Assembly: GCA_958296445.1 (NCBI GenBank)
Contig: OY282565.1
Span: 440,458-504,457, forward strand
Length of the DNA stretch: 64,000 bases
Direction: 5' to 3'
DNA from: an uncultured Dehalococcoidia bacterium
GTDB lineage: Bacteria > Chloroflexota > Dehalococcoidia > Lucifugimonadales > UBA3495
Shown: positions 8,670-17,924 of the stretch, piece after piece
How positions within the stretch are numbered: position 1 is the stretch's first letter
How the letters are laid out: every line of letters starts with the position of its first letter
Translations under genes and position numbers: made by a program
Notes under the pieces: generated by a model
Seen by the model: only the letters and a program-made list of their open reading frames with translations
What the model was told of the DNA's origin: nothing
Database searches by the model: none

Positions 8670-9746
8670 TTACCGGCAGGGGCGGTGGGTGGGCTTGATG
8701 GCCCGCACCGAGGCTAGGCGCTCTTCGGCTAGGTGGTCGGCGGCGGCGGCGGTGGAGATTTCTTGGGCCTGCGAGGTTTTGATGACGCTGCCCATAATTT
8801 CGTGGATGCGCTCGGTTTTTTCGCGGGCGCGGTCGGGGCTGTAGCCCCTTTTGCCCATTTCGGCCTCGACGTTGATGACGCCGCCGGAGTTTACGATGTA
8901 GTCCGGGGCGTAGAGGATGCCGCGGCGGTGCAGTTCCTCGCCGTCGGCGTCGCTGAGCAGTTGATTGTTGGCCGCCCCGGCCACTACCCGGCATTGGAGC
9001 TGCGGGATGGTTTGCGGGTTCAGCACGCCGCCTAGGGCGCAGGGGGCGAATATGTCGCAGTCCACGCCGTATATGTCATCGGGCGCGACCACCGCCAAGC
9101 CCATATCGCGGGCGCGGTCTAGGGCGTCGTCATAGACGTCGGTGACAACCAGGCTGGCCCCGTCGTCCAATAGGTGTTGGGACAGGTAGCCCGCCACCTT
9201 GCCGAAGCCTTGAACGGCGACGGTTCGCCCGGCTAGGCCGGTTTGCCCCCAGACTTCTTTGGCGCAGGCTTTCATTCCCATATAGATGCCCAAGCCGGTC
9301 ATAATGGCGGTGTCGCCGCTGCCGCCCAGCGACAGGGGCAGGCCCATAACGTGGGGCGTTTCCTCTTTGATATACTCGAGGTCGCGGCTGGTGGTGCCGA
9401 CGTCGGTGGTGGTCAGGTAGCGTCCGCCGAGGGTGTCCACGAACCGCCCGTAGGCCCGCAGCAGTGCTTCGGACTTGACGGCGCGGGGGTCGCCGATGAT
9501 GACGCCCTTGCCGCCGCCTAGGTGCAGCCCGGCGGCGGCCGATTTGTAGGTCATAGCGCGGGAAAGGCGCAGCACGTCGTTGACGGCCTCATCCTCGCTG
9601 CCGTAGGGCCACATCCGGGTGCCGCCGCAGGCCGGGCCGAGGGTGGTGTCGTGGATGGCGATGATTGCCTTGAGTCCGGTGCCGGGGTCGGAGAACACCG
9701 CTACCTGCTCGTGGCCCCCGGCGCCCATCCCCTTAAGAATGTCCAT
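8670..9746 (-). CDS. Glu/Leu/Phe/Val dehydrogenase (leucine dehydrogenase-like)
   Basis: IAIHDTTLGPACGGTRM, GGGKGVI, QGFGKV, GAANNQL and YAPDYIVNSGG. Confidence 0.93.
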   Translation of the reverse strand: MDILKGMGAGGHEQVAVFSDPGTGLKAIIAIHDTTLGPACGGTRMWPYGSEDEAVNDVLRLSRAMTYKSAAAGLHLGGGKGVIIGDPRAVKSEALLRAYGRFVDTLGGRYLTTTDVGTTSRDLEYIKEETPHVMGLPLSLGGSGDTAIMTGLGIYMGMKACAKEVWGQTGLAGRTVAVQGFGKVAGYLSQHLLDDGASLVVTDVYDDALDRARDMGLAVVAPDDIYGVDCDIFAPCALGGVLNPQTIPQLQCRVVAGAANNQLLSDADGEELHRRGILYAPDYIVNSGGVINVEAEMGKRGYSPDRAREKTERIHEIMGSVIKTSQAQEISTAAAADHLAEERLASVRAIKPTHRPCR

Positions 9747-9803
9747 TTCCGGCGCCCCCTTTAAGTTTCCTGTATATCTATTATAAGTCATAGGCCGGGT
9801 TTT

Positions 9804-10005
9804 TTGTCTGAATCAGGATTTTCAGGATTATGGGATTTACCGGATGGGGCAATCCTGAAAATCCCCAAATCCGGCTAATCCTGATTCAGACAATCCCGCT
9901 CAAAGCCCGGTTTTTTGTCTGAATCAGGATTTTCAGGATTATGGGATTTACCGGATGGGGGCAATCCTGAAAATCCTCTAATCCGGCAAATCCTGATTCA
10001 GACAA
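9804..10005. repeat. Two tandem family B palindromes
   Basis: Two near-identical ~90-bp inverted repeats about 112 bp apart. Confidence 0.9.
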
Positions 10006-10086
10006 TCCCGCCCAAAACCCCGGGCGCCGGGCTTGTACCGGCTTCAGGTGTTACAATTGGCGGGCTTAAACTGCCGGAGGTTGCTG

Positions 10087-10611
10087 ATGCCTAACCAATA
10101 CTCCAGCCCACCCCCTACCGGGATCGACCCGGCCAAGACCTACACCGCCGCGATGGACACCAGCGCGGGCGTGATTACCCTGGAGCTGTTCGCCGCCGAT
10201 GCCCCGCTGACGGTCAACAACTTCGTTTTCTTGGCCCGCGACGGGTTCTACGAAAACAACCAGTTTCACCGGGTCATCAAGGATTTTATGATTCAGGGCG
10301 GCTGTCCCAAGGGCGACGGCACCGGCGGCCCGGGCTACCGCTTTCAGGACGAGCCGGTGACCCGCAGCTACGTCAAAGGCACGCTGGCGATGGCTAACGC
10401 CGGCCCCAACACCAATGGCAGCCAGTTCTTTATTGTCCACGGCGACAACGTGGGGCTGCCCCCCAACTACACCATTTTCGGGATGCTTACCGGCGGCGAG
10501 GACGTGCTGGACGCCCTAGCCGGCTCCCCGGTGTCCCGGGGGCGCGGCGGCGAGCCGTCCACGCCCAACCAGCGGCTGGCAATCAACAACATCACCATTG
10601 ACGAGGCATAG
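10087..10611 (+). CDS. Cyclophilin-type peptidyl-prolyl isomerase
   Basis: FHRVIKDFMIQGG and LAMANAGPNTNGSQFFI; GGAGG RBS. Confidence 0.95.
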   Translation: MPNQYSSPPPTGIDPAKTYTAAMDTSAGVITLELFAADAPLTVNNFVFLARDGFYENNQFHRVIKDFMIQGGCPKGDGTGGPGYRFQDEPVTRSYVKGTLAMANAGPNTNGSQFFIVHGDNVGLPPNYTIFGMLTGGEDVLDALAGSPVSRGRGGEPSTPNQRLAINNITIDEA

Positions 10612-10642
10612 GGCCGGTTGCCGGTTCGACGCCGGGCGCACG

Positions 10643-10680
10643 GAAAACGCGGCGGGCTGCTGAAAGCCCGCCGCGTTTCT
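10643..10680. terminator. Hairpin terminator between convergent genes
   Basis: AAACGCGGCGGGCT-loop-AGCCCGCCGCGTTT. Confidence 0.65.
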
Positions 10681-10700
10681 CTGTCCCTGTGGCTTCCCGC

Positions 10701-11988
10701 CTAGCCCGGCGCGGCTTGCGGCGCGGCGGCGCCCGGCGGCTGCGGGGGCCGCGCTTTCAGGAAAAGGAACGCGCCCAGCAGCGACATCCCGGCCAAAGCC
10801 AGGATCGGGATGAGGTAGCTGCCTTGAGTGTCGTACAGCCACCATACCACCGGAGGGCCGGAGAACTCCGCCAGCAGCCTCGAAAACAGGATGGAGAACG
10901 CCAGAATTTTGCCGAAAGAATCCAATCCGAAATAGTCGGCGAGGGTCGCTACATTAAGCGGGAGACGCCCCCCGGTTCCCATACCGAGCAAGGCGCCGGC
11001 CAGATAGAACGCTGGCAAACTGCTTGCAACGGTTAGCACGGTTAGCATAGCAAATCCCGCAACTTGCAACAGGGTGAAAAAGGCCATTGCTTTGTGCTTG
11101 GCAACACGGTCACCCGCCAGCCCGCCCGCCAAGTAGAAAACTATAGCAACGGTTGACTGTATTGAGCCGAAAACTTGCCAGTCCGCCGACGTAAGGCCCG
11201 CACCGCGCGTTATAGAAAATGGGTGGGACGTAAGAACACTGGATGATGCTAGGGCTTCGCCAACAACGATTAACCAAAAGGAGCGGGAGAGCAGGGCTTG
11301 AGCCGTTGAGTAGCTGCTTTGTTGCACCGGAGTATCGCCATCGGCCAGCAGTCCCATATCTCCGGGCCGGTTGCGCAGCCGGGCGAAAGCCAGGGCGGCT
11401 ACAATCAGGACGCACCCGCTCACTTCAAGGGCAGTAAACCGCCATCCCGCCTCGCCGGGATTCGGGTTCACGCTCCAAGCGATGAAAGGTACGACTGCCA
11501 TAGCCCCGATAGGCGCGACTAGGGATGCCGCGGCGATGGCGGTAGCCCGGCGGCGCACAAACCAGCGGCAGATAATAGTCATCAGCGGTATCGTGCCGCT
11601 CAGAGATCCCCCGGCCGCTATAAAGACAAAGGCGCCGAAGTACATCCATAGATTCTGCGCCAGACCGAGAAACACCCACGCCCCGGCCAGAATAAATAGA
11701 CCGGCCACCACTACCCTGCGAGGGCCGAAGCGGTCGCTGAGATAGCCTACAAGCAAGCCCGGCAGTAAGAAGCCGAAGCCAAGGACGCCGCCAATGACAA
11801 TGTTTACAGCCCCCCCCCAATTTGTTGATCATCCACTCGAACTGCCGATCCAGGGCCTCGATCCAGACGCCCAGAGCGCCATACAGCGGCACGGATGCCA
11901 CAAGCATCACCACCCCGGCGATGGCAACCATCCGCCAGCCGTAAAAAACGCGGGGCGTTCCCGGCAGGCCAAAGCGTCCCAGAGCCAT
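10701..11988 (-). pseudogene. MFS transporter frameshifted at a G9 tract
   Basis: The N-terminus (VFYGWRMV) and the remainder (GYLSDRFGPRRV) are in different frames. Shortening the G9 tract at 11810-11818 to G8 joins them. Confidence 0.8.
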
Positions 11989-12006
11989 TATGTCGCCTCC
12001 TATACG

Positions 12007-12489
12007 CTACTCCGGCGGAAACAGCGCCTCCAGTTCGTCCAGCCCGGAAACGGCGAAGGTTACGCCTTGGTAGAGGTAGAGTTCCCGCTGATTCTGGAAC
12101 AGTGACACTCTAATCTCCGGCCTTGCCCGCTCCATCAACTCATCGGCCAGCCTATCCTGTATATCATCTCGCAGACGTTCCGGCATTTCGTCCCAATAAT
12201 CGCCGCCGGTCACTTGCTCTGCCCCGAAAACATCTACAAACAGCACTTTAGCCGCCACTTCCTCGGGATTCCGAATTTCCCCATCATCCGTTGCGAGCGT
12301 CACATCCAAGCGAAGGCTGTAGGCTTTCTCCAACGCCCGGCCCTGGCGGGCCAGCGCGAACAGATACAGCTTGCCTTGCCCCTTGCTTGAATCCAAATGG
12401 TATTCGGTATGCACCAGCTCAATGGTGCCAGCGATTCTTTTTCCTTTATTGTCATAAGCCCGGATTTTTTCTATCTTGAACCTGCGCAT
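12007..12489 (-). CDS. Hypothetical protein, paralog 1
   Basis: GGAGG RBS; clearly similar to 12546-13013 (GDYWD.MP, GVTFAVS.LDELEALFPPE). Confidence 0.75.
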   Translation of the reverse strand: MRRFKIEKIRAYDNKGKRIAGTIELVHTEYHLDSSKGQGKLYLFALARQGRALEKAYSLRLDVTLATDDGEIRNPEEVAAKVLFVDVFGAEQVTGGDYWDEMPERLRDDIQDRLADELMERARPEIRVSLFQNQRELYLYQGVTFAVSGLDELEALFPPE

Positions 12490-12545
12490 ATTATCCTCCG
12501 GGAAAACCGCCCGATTAAGGGATCGTTGCCACAGGGCGGATGACG

Positions 12546-13235
12546 CTACTCCGGCGGAAACAGGGCCTCCAGCTCGTCCAGTTCGGAAACGGCGAAAGTC
12601 ACGCCCGAGTAGGGGTAGAGTTCCCGCTGAACCAAGGAAATTGCGCCTCCGGGCCCGGCCCGATCCATCAGCTCATCAGCCAGTTTATGTTGAGCGCGAA
12701 ACCTGTATCTTTGCGGCATATCGTCCCAGTAGTCCCCGCGCGACACCCGTTCCACGTCGAATATGTCGGTGAACAGCACTTTAACCTGCACATCCTGCGG
12801 GGCCGGGACGCCGCTGGACGGCGTCACCACCAGATGCAAACGGTCGGCGCGGGCCAAGGCCCGGCCATGCCGGGTAAGGCCGAAAAGATACGCCTTTCCC
12901 GTACCCTTCTCCGAATCCAGCCAGTAGCCGAAAGGCACCGGCTCGATAGTGCCTGCGATGGTTTTGCCTTTGGCGTCAACCGCGTTAATTTCCTCTACCT
13001 TAAACTGCCTCATACCGCCATCCTTTCCGGTTGCCGGATACGCCCGCAACGGAATACGCGCTGCCCTACGACGCCGCCATTTCGATTTTATCCAAACGAG
13101 GGGGCTGACGCGACGGGCAAGCCTCCAGATTCCCCAAAGGCTGAAATGGCCCAGCAGCCACGCTATAAAAGCCCCTAGAATCGCCGCAAGAAAAGCGGCA
13201 ACGGCGGGTATCCAGATTTCGGGTTGGGCCAACAT
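12546..13235 (-). CDS. Hypothetical protein, paralog 2, with possible N-terminal TM anchor
   Basis: The homologous domain starts at Met 13013. The in-frame upstream extension is hydrophobic, then basic. Confidence 0.7.
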   Translation of the reverse strand: MLAQPEIWIPAVAAFLAAILGAFIAWLLGHFSLWGIWRLARRVSPLVWIKSKWRRRRAARIPLRAYPATGKDGGMRQFKVEEINAVDAKGKTIAGTIEPVPFGYWLDSEKGTGKAYLFGLTRHGRALARADRLHLVVTPSSGVPAPQDVQVKVLFTDIFDVERVSRGDYWDDMPQRYRFRAQHKLADELMDRAGPGGAISLVQRELYPYSGVTFAVSELDELEALFPPE

Positions 13236-13255
13236 AATTTTATCGCGGCATAATT

Positions 13256-14584
13256 TTATCGCTCCCCTTGATTTCCGGCAAAGGCCGCGGGCGGCGCCGG
13301 GCGGGGGCCGCGCGGCCGGGGGCGGACGGCGGCTAGGAAGCAGACGGCGCCCAGCAGGTTCAGGCCGGCCAGTATCAGGAAGGCCAGCTCATAGCTCCCG
13401 TAGCGGTCGTGCATCCATCCGGCGAAGGGCGAGGCAATCAGCAGCAACAGGTTCATCGGCACCGTGGAAAACCCTAGAATCTTGCCGAAAGAACTCGTCC
13501 CGAAGTAATCGGCGCGGATGGCTACCGTCAGCGGGTTGCGCCCGCCGAACCCGGCCCCGAACAGCACGCCGAAAACGAAAAACATCGGCAAAGTCTGGGC
13601 AATGACCAGCATCAGCACGCCGACGGCCTGGAGCGACGTGAAAAAGGCCAGCCCCAACCGCTTGGAAAGCCGGTCGCCCGAGTAGCCGCCCACTAGCTGG
13701 AAAACCATCGCGACTCCGGTGTAAACCGAAATCACCCACCCGGCGTCCTGCCCGCTATAGCCTTTGTCCACCATCAGCAGCCCTAGGTGGGTCATAATCG
13801 CCAGTATGACCATCGAGGTGAGCCCGTGTCCGAAGGCGATCAGCCAGAAAGCGGGCGTGCGCAGGGCTTCGGCGGCGGTCATATCCTGTTGCCGGTTCGG
13901 GCCGGATGCGCCCGAACCGGCGGCCGCGGCCGGGCGCGGCGTTTCCCCGTCGGGCAGCAGGCCGTAGTCCTTGGGGTCGTTGCGAATCAGGCTTGCCAGC
14001 GGCCCGGCCAGCACCAGAATGCTGATGCCGATGATTAGCGCAGTCGTCGCCCAGCCGATGCGGCCGGGGGCGTCGGCCACGCACCAGGCGATGCCCGGCA
14101 CCAGCAGCAGCGCACCGAAACGGCTGATTACGTTGGCCCAGCCGATGGCCGAGGAGCGGCGGCGGGAAAACCACTTGTTGAGCATAGTCATCAGGGGGAT
14201 CCAACTGCCCAGCCCCTGGCCCACCGCCATCAGGATATAGGCCGCGTAGAACATCCAAAGGTTTTCCACGCGGGAGAAAAAAATGTAGGCCCCGCCCAAG
14301 ATAACTAGGCCGATTAACACCATCCGGCGGGTGCCTACCCGGTCCACCAAGTAGCCTTCCAGCGGGCCGATCAGCCCGCCTTCCACGCGGGTAAGGGTAA
14401 GGGCCAGCCCCAGTTGGGCCCGGGTCCAGCCGAAATGCCGCTCCAGGGCCACCGCCCAGACGGCCATAGCATGAAACAGCGGCACGGTGGCGATAACCAT
14501 AACCAGCCCGGTGATAATCACCAGCCACCAGCCATAAAAAACGCCGGAACCGTCCCGTCTGCCAAATATGTCAGGAAATCTCAA
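13256..14584 (-). CDS. MFS transporter (OFA/MCT-like)
   Basis: VFYGWW, GYLVDRVGTRR and AFWLI motifs; about 12 TM segments. Start uncertain (TTG 14584 after GGAGG). Confidence 0.88.
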   Translation of the reverse strand: MRFPDIFGRRDGSGVFYGWWLVIITGLVMVIATVPLFHAMAVWAVALERHFGWTRAQLGLALTLTRVEGGLIGPLEGYLVDRVGTRRMVLIGLVILGGAYIFFSRVENLWMFYAAYILMAVGQGLGSWIPLMTMLNKWFSRRRSSAIGWANVISRFGALLLVPGIAWCVADAPGRIGWATTALIIGISILVLAGPLASLIRNDPKDYGLLPDGETPRPAAAAGSGASGPNRQQDMTAAEALRTPAFWLIAFGHGLTSMVILAIMTHLGLLMVDKGYSGQDAGWVISVYTGVAMVFQLVGGYSGDRLSKRLGLAFFTSLQAVGVLMLVIAQTLPMFFVFGVLFGAGFGGRNPLTVAIRADYFGTSSFGKILGFSTVPMNLLLLIASPFAGWMHDRYGSYELAFLILAGLNLLGAVCFLAAVRPRPRGPRPAPPAAFAGNQGER

Positions 14585-14710
14585 ACCGGAAACGCCGCCT
14601 CCCCGAGCAAGCCAAAGGCCACAGCCAAGATTGCGGAATGCGTAAACCGCCCGCCCGCGATAATAGCACATACCCAACGCGGATATGCGCCCCTTGATAT
14701 GCGCCCCTTA

Positions 14711-14972
14711 TTGTCACCCTGAGCGAACCTTACTGTCACCCTGAGCGGCCCTTATTGTCACCCTGAGCGAAAGCGAAGGGCCTCGCCGCCCAAGCCGGGA
14801 TTCTTCGCTCCGCTCAGAATGACAGATGGGCGGAATCAGAATGACAGGGGGGCGGGGTTAGAATGACAGACGGCCAGACTCAGAATTACGGACGGCGGGA
14901 GTAATTTGGCAATCGTCCAAAGGCCGTGGATTCCCGCCTTCGCGGGAATGACGGGCTTTCGCGGGGAATGAC
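14711..14972. repeat. Cluster of family A half-sites and palindrome, a TIR-like motif and family C hairpins
   Basis: TGTCACCCTGAGCG x3, AGAATGACA x3, AGTAATTTGGCAAT and GGATTCCCGCCTTCGCGGGAATGAC. Confidence 0.85.
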
Positions 14973-15034
14973 GGACGGCGCGGTAATGATGAATGGCCCC
15001 GGCAATAACGGCCGCCCCCGGCAACGGACGCCGC

Positions 15035-15898
15035 TCAATCCCGGATTTCCAGCCAGATTTGGTAGACGCGGTTGCGGGGGGCGTCTAGGGTTGCCGACGC
15101 CTCGGCAACGGCGTCGCGGGCGCGGACGCCGGCCGCCCGCCGCTCCAGCAGGAAACGGCGGATGCTGCCGTCGGTGTTGGCGTCGGCTTGCGCGGGGGCT
15201 TCCGGCGCCGCCCCGGCGATTACTAGGGTAAACTCGCCGCGCGGCGCGTCGAAATGCTCCAGTGCCCCGGACGCCGTGCCGCGAAAAACCTCTTCGTAGA
15301 GCTTGGTAAGCTCGCGGCATACGGCGATGGGCCGCTCGCCAAAGACGAGGGCGATGTCTTCCAGGGTGGCCCGCAGCCGGTGGGGGGCCTCGAACAGGGC
15401 TTGCGTTAAGGGGCTGGCGGCGGCTTCCCGCAGCCGTTCCCGACGTTCCCTACGGCGACGGGGCAGAAAGCCGAGAAACTGGAAAGCGTCGGCGGGCAGG
15501 CCGGAAACGGCCAAAGCCGCAGTAACCGCCGACGGCCCCGGCACGGCTTCCACCCGAATCCCCCGCGCCGCGGCCGCGGCCACCAGCTCCCGGCCCGGGT
15601 CGCTTATCCCCGGCATACCGGCGTCGGACACCAGCGCGACATCGCCCGACTCTAGGGCCTGCAACACCGTATCCAGCCGTTCCTGCCAGTTATGGCCGTG
15701 GAAACTGACCAGCCGGGGCCGCGGGCGGGCCGGGGAATCCGGCAGCGAGTTCAGCAGCCGCCGCGCCACCCGCGTGTCCTCGGCGGCCACCACCGCAACC
15801 CCCCGCAGCACGCGGGCCGCCCGCGGCGACAGGTCTTCCAGGTTGCCGATGGGGGTGCCTACGATGTAGAGGGTGGTTTTATTCAACGGAGAGCGCAA
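15035..15898 (-). CDS. rsmI: 16S rRNA C1402 2'-O-methyltransferase
   Basis: TPIGNLEDLSPRA, AEDTR, SDAGMPGISDPG, FEAPHR and RELTKLYEE. Confidence 0.96.
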   Translation of the reverse strand: MRSPLNKTTLYIVGTPIGNLEDLSPRAARVLRGVAVVAAEDTRVARRLLNSLPDSPARPRPRLVSFHGHNWQERLDTVLQALESGDVALVSDAGMPGISDPGRELVAAAAARGIRVEAVPGPSAVTAALAVSGLPADAFQFLGFLPRRRRERRERLREAAASPLTQALFEAPHRLRATLEDIALVFGERPIAVCRELTKLYEEVFRGTASGALEHFDAPRGEFTLVIAGAAPEAPAQADANTDGSIRRFLLERRAAGVRARDAVAEASATLDAPRNRVYQIWLEIRD

Positions 15899-15902
15899 CG
15901 AT

Positions 15903-16346
15903 TTATGGATTTACCGGCGGCGCGGACAGCCCCAGCCGGTCAAGGTCGTCCGGGTCAAGGAACAGGACGCGGCCAGTGCGTTCTTCCATAAAGAGGGCGA
16001 AACTCAGCATAAAGTCGCGCCCCAGAATGGACGGCGCCCGATGCCGGGATTCCTGAATCCGTACCCAGAGCGTGACGGAGTAACCTTGAACCGACAGAGC
16101 GGATTCGACCATTCTTACCGCGGTCACGCCCCCAACCCCGGTGCTGGTGCCGCCGTCGGGAAGGATTGACAAGTCAAGGCCGATACTTTCGGCCATCGTG
16201 CGGGAAAGGGCTGTACGGTCGGCCCCGGTATCTATGAGCAGGTCAATGCTGCTGGTTCCGAGGTGCGGGAATTGGGGGAACTCGAACTCGCAGGTAAGAT
16301 ATGGGACACGGCGCACCCCGGCATCCGTGAATTTCCCGCTAATCAT
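15903..16346 (-). CDS. Retropepsin-like (clan AA) aspartic protease
   Basis: LLIDTGADRT, a GVGG flap and SILGRDF. Confidence 0.85.
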   Translation of the reverse strand: MISGKFTDAGVRRVPYLTCEFEFPQFPHLGTSSIDLLIDTGADRTALSRTMAESIGLDLSILPDGGTSTGVGGVTAVRMVESALSVQGYSVTLWVRIQESRHRAPSILGRDFMLSFALFMEERTGRVLFLDPDDLDRLGLSAPPVNP

Positions 16347-16680
16347 CGTCCATATCCCAGAGACTTGCTATGAGGATTTCCTGATTTTCGGTCATATATT
16401 CCCAAAGCGTCTCATTGCAGGCGACTCCCTTTTCTTCGAGCTGAACCGCCATCTCAAAGTAGTTGGCGGCGGCGCCCACTACCCGCTGCCATTTAATGGC
16501 AATCCACTGGTTGGGGTACTGCGCCAGCAAAGCGGCATAGTTGTTTCGGAAAAAATCCCCGTCTTTCCCCAGTTCCTCGATGGCGTTGGCCGCCGGGCGT
16601 CCGCCGCCGTCAGCGCAACCGTTCTTCAACTGCTCTAGCTTCTCTTCGTGTTCTGCGACAAGGTCGTCCAGAATGCTCAC
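16339..16680 (-). CDS. DUF5678-like protein
   Basis: LLAQYPNQWIAI...VVGAA motif; overlaps the protease start by 8 nt. Confidence 0.65.
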   Translation of the reverse strand: MSILDDLVAEHEEKLEQLKNGCADGGGRPAANAIEELGKDGDFFRNNYAALLAQYPNQWIAIKWQRVVGAAANYFEMAVQLEEKGVACNETLWEYMTENQEILIASLWDMDDD

Positions 16681-16882
16681 ACGCCCTCCCGCGCTGGCCG
16701 GATGCGCCCATTCTAGCCCCGCCCCGCAATCAGTAGTAACCGGCTGAAAGGCCCTTTCCGGGCAATCGGCGGGGGCGGACGGGCTGCGCCGGGCCGGGCG
16801 GTACGCCGCCCGCGTGTCTTGAATCCGCCAACTTATCGTATATCATTAAGGGAGATGGAATGCGCTTTAAGGCGGCTCCGAA

Positions 16883-17692
16883 TTGACTATCTGTCTTGCT
16901 CTGGTATGCGATGGCGGGAAAAGCGTTGTCGCAGTGGCCGACCGTATGGTCAGCGACGCATCTCTGGCCCTGGAATTTGAGCAGAGGACTCGCAAGATTG
17001 AGCTTATTGGCGCGAGTTTCTCTGCCCTAACCGCCGGGGATGCCCTGGCCCACACTGATTTGCTAAGGGACGCTACCGATTCAATAGCGGGCATGGCCCA
17101 AGCCAGTGTCCGTGACGTAGCGGCGGCGGTCGAGGGGTGTTTCATTCAGCACCGGCAAGCCCTTGCGGAAAAATCGGTTCTGCGGCGCGTCGGTATGGAC
17201 TATGACACCTTTCTGGAGAAGCAACAAAACTTGTCGGACGCTCTCATCCTAGCGCTTTCGTCGGAGTATCAATCGGTTGAACTCGGCGTAGAGTTATTGA
17301 TAGCCGGTATCGACTCATCCGGCGCCCATCTATACGAGATTTCCGACCCCGGAACCGCTAGGTGTTTCGACTCAATCGGATACGCCGCCATTGGCAGCGG
17401 ACTGCCGCACGCCGAGGGGTTTTTGACCGAGGCCGATTATTCGCCTGATATTTCCCTTAACCGGGGCGTTTGGCTGGCATACGTCGCCAAGCGGCGGAGC
17501 GAGCGGGCGCCGGGAGTCGGTAGCCGCTTCACCGACATTCTGACTATCGAAGCTGACAAAGGCGCCAGCTTCCTCGGCCAGACGAGTATGAACCAACTGA
17601 ATGCCATCTACCAAGGGTATGTTCAGCAACTAGAGAATGCGTCGCTGTCGGTGGAAAAATCAATCAAAGAATTGTCTTTGGAACCGGAATAA
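16883..17692 (+). CDS. Proteasome-beta-like Ntn hydrolase
   Basis: N-terminal M-T-I-C, ADRMVS, K, AGD, LLIAGID, AAIGSG and PGVG match the proteasome/HslV fold pattern. Confidence 0.75.
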   Translation: MTICLALVCDGGKSVVAVADRMVSDASLALEFEQRTRKIELIGASFSALTAGDALAHTDLLRDATDSIAGMAQASVRDVAAAVEGCFIQHRQALAEKSVLRRVGMDYDTFLEKQQNLSDALILALSSEYQSVELGVELLIAGIDSSGAHLYEISDPGTARCFDSIGYAAIGSGLPHAEGFLTEADYSPDISLNRGVWLAYVAKRRSERAPGVGSRFTDILTIEADKGASFLGQTSMNQLNAIYQGYVQQLENASLSVEKSIKELSLEPE

Positions 17693-17711
17693 CGAGGAGG
17701 AGGTGAGCCGA

Positions 17712-17849
17712 ATGGCTGCTAAGAAAAAACTTGGCAAATACCCTCCATTGAACCTGGACCCGATTGATTTGCGGACTCGTCTGGCCCTGCTAAAGATGGG
17801 CAAGTTCGATTTGGCTTTCAAGAAACCCAAGCCCCGCCGCCCGCGCTAG
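17712..17849 (+). CDS. Small basic hypothetical protein (45 aa)
   Basis: Strong GAGGAGGAGGTGA RBS; ATG lies 19 nt after the Ntn hydrolase stop. Confidence 0.6.
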   Translation: MAAKKKLGKYPPLNLDPIDLRTRLALLKMGKFDLAFKKPKPRRPR

Positions 17850-17924
17850 ACCCGCGCCGCGCCGCGCACCGCCGGAAAATCCCGCCGAAAAACCCTGCCG
17901 AAAATTCCTGGGAGGAAAACCCAA

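Noticed and set aside
13231-13262. dif site (also considered ~9765-9792 and ~36697-36725)
   Set aside because: Only partial XerD-arm similarity, with wrong spacing or a poor XerC arm.
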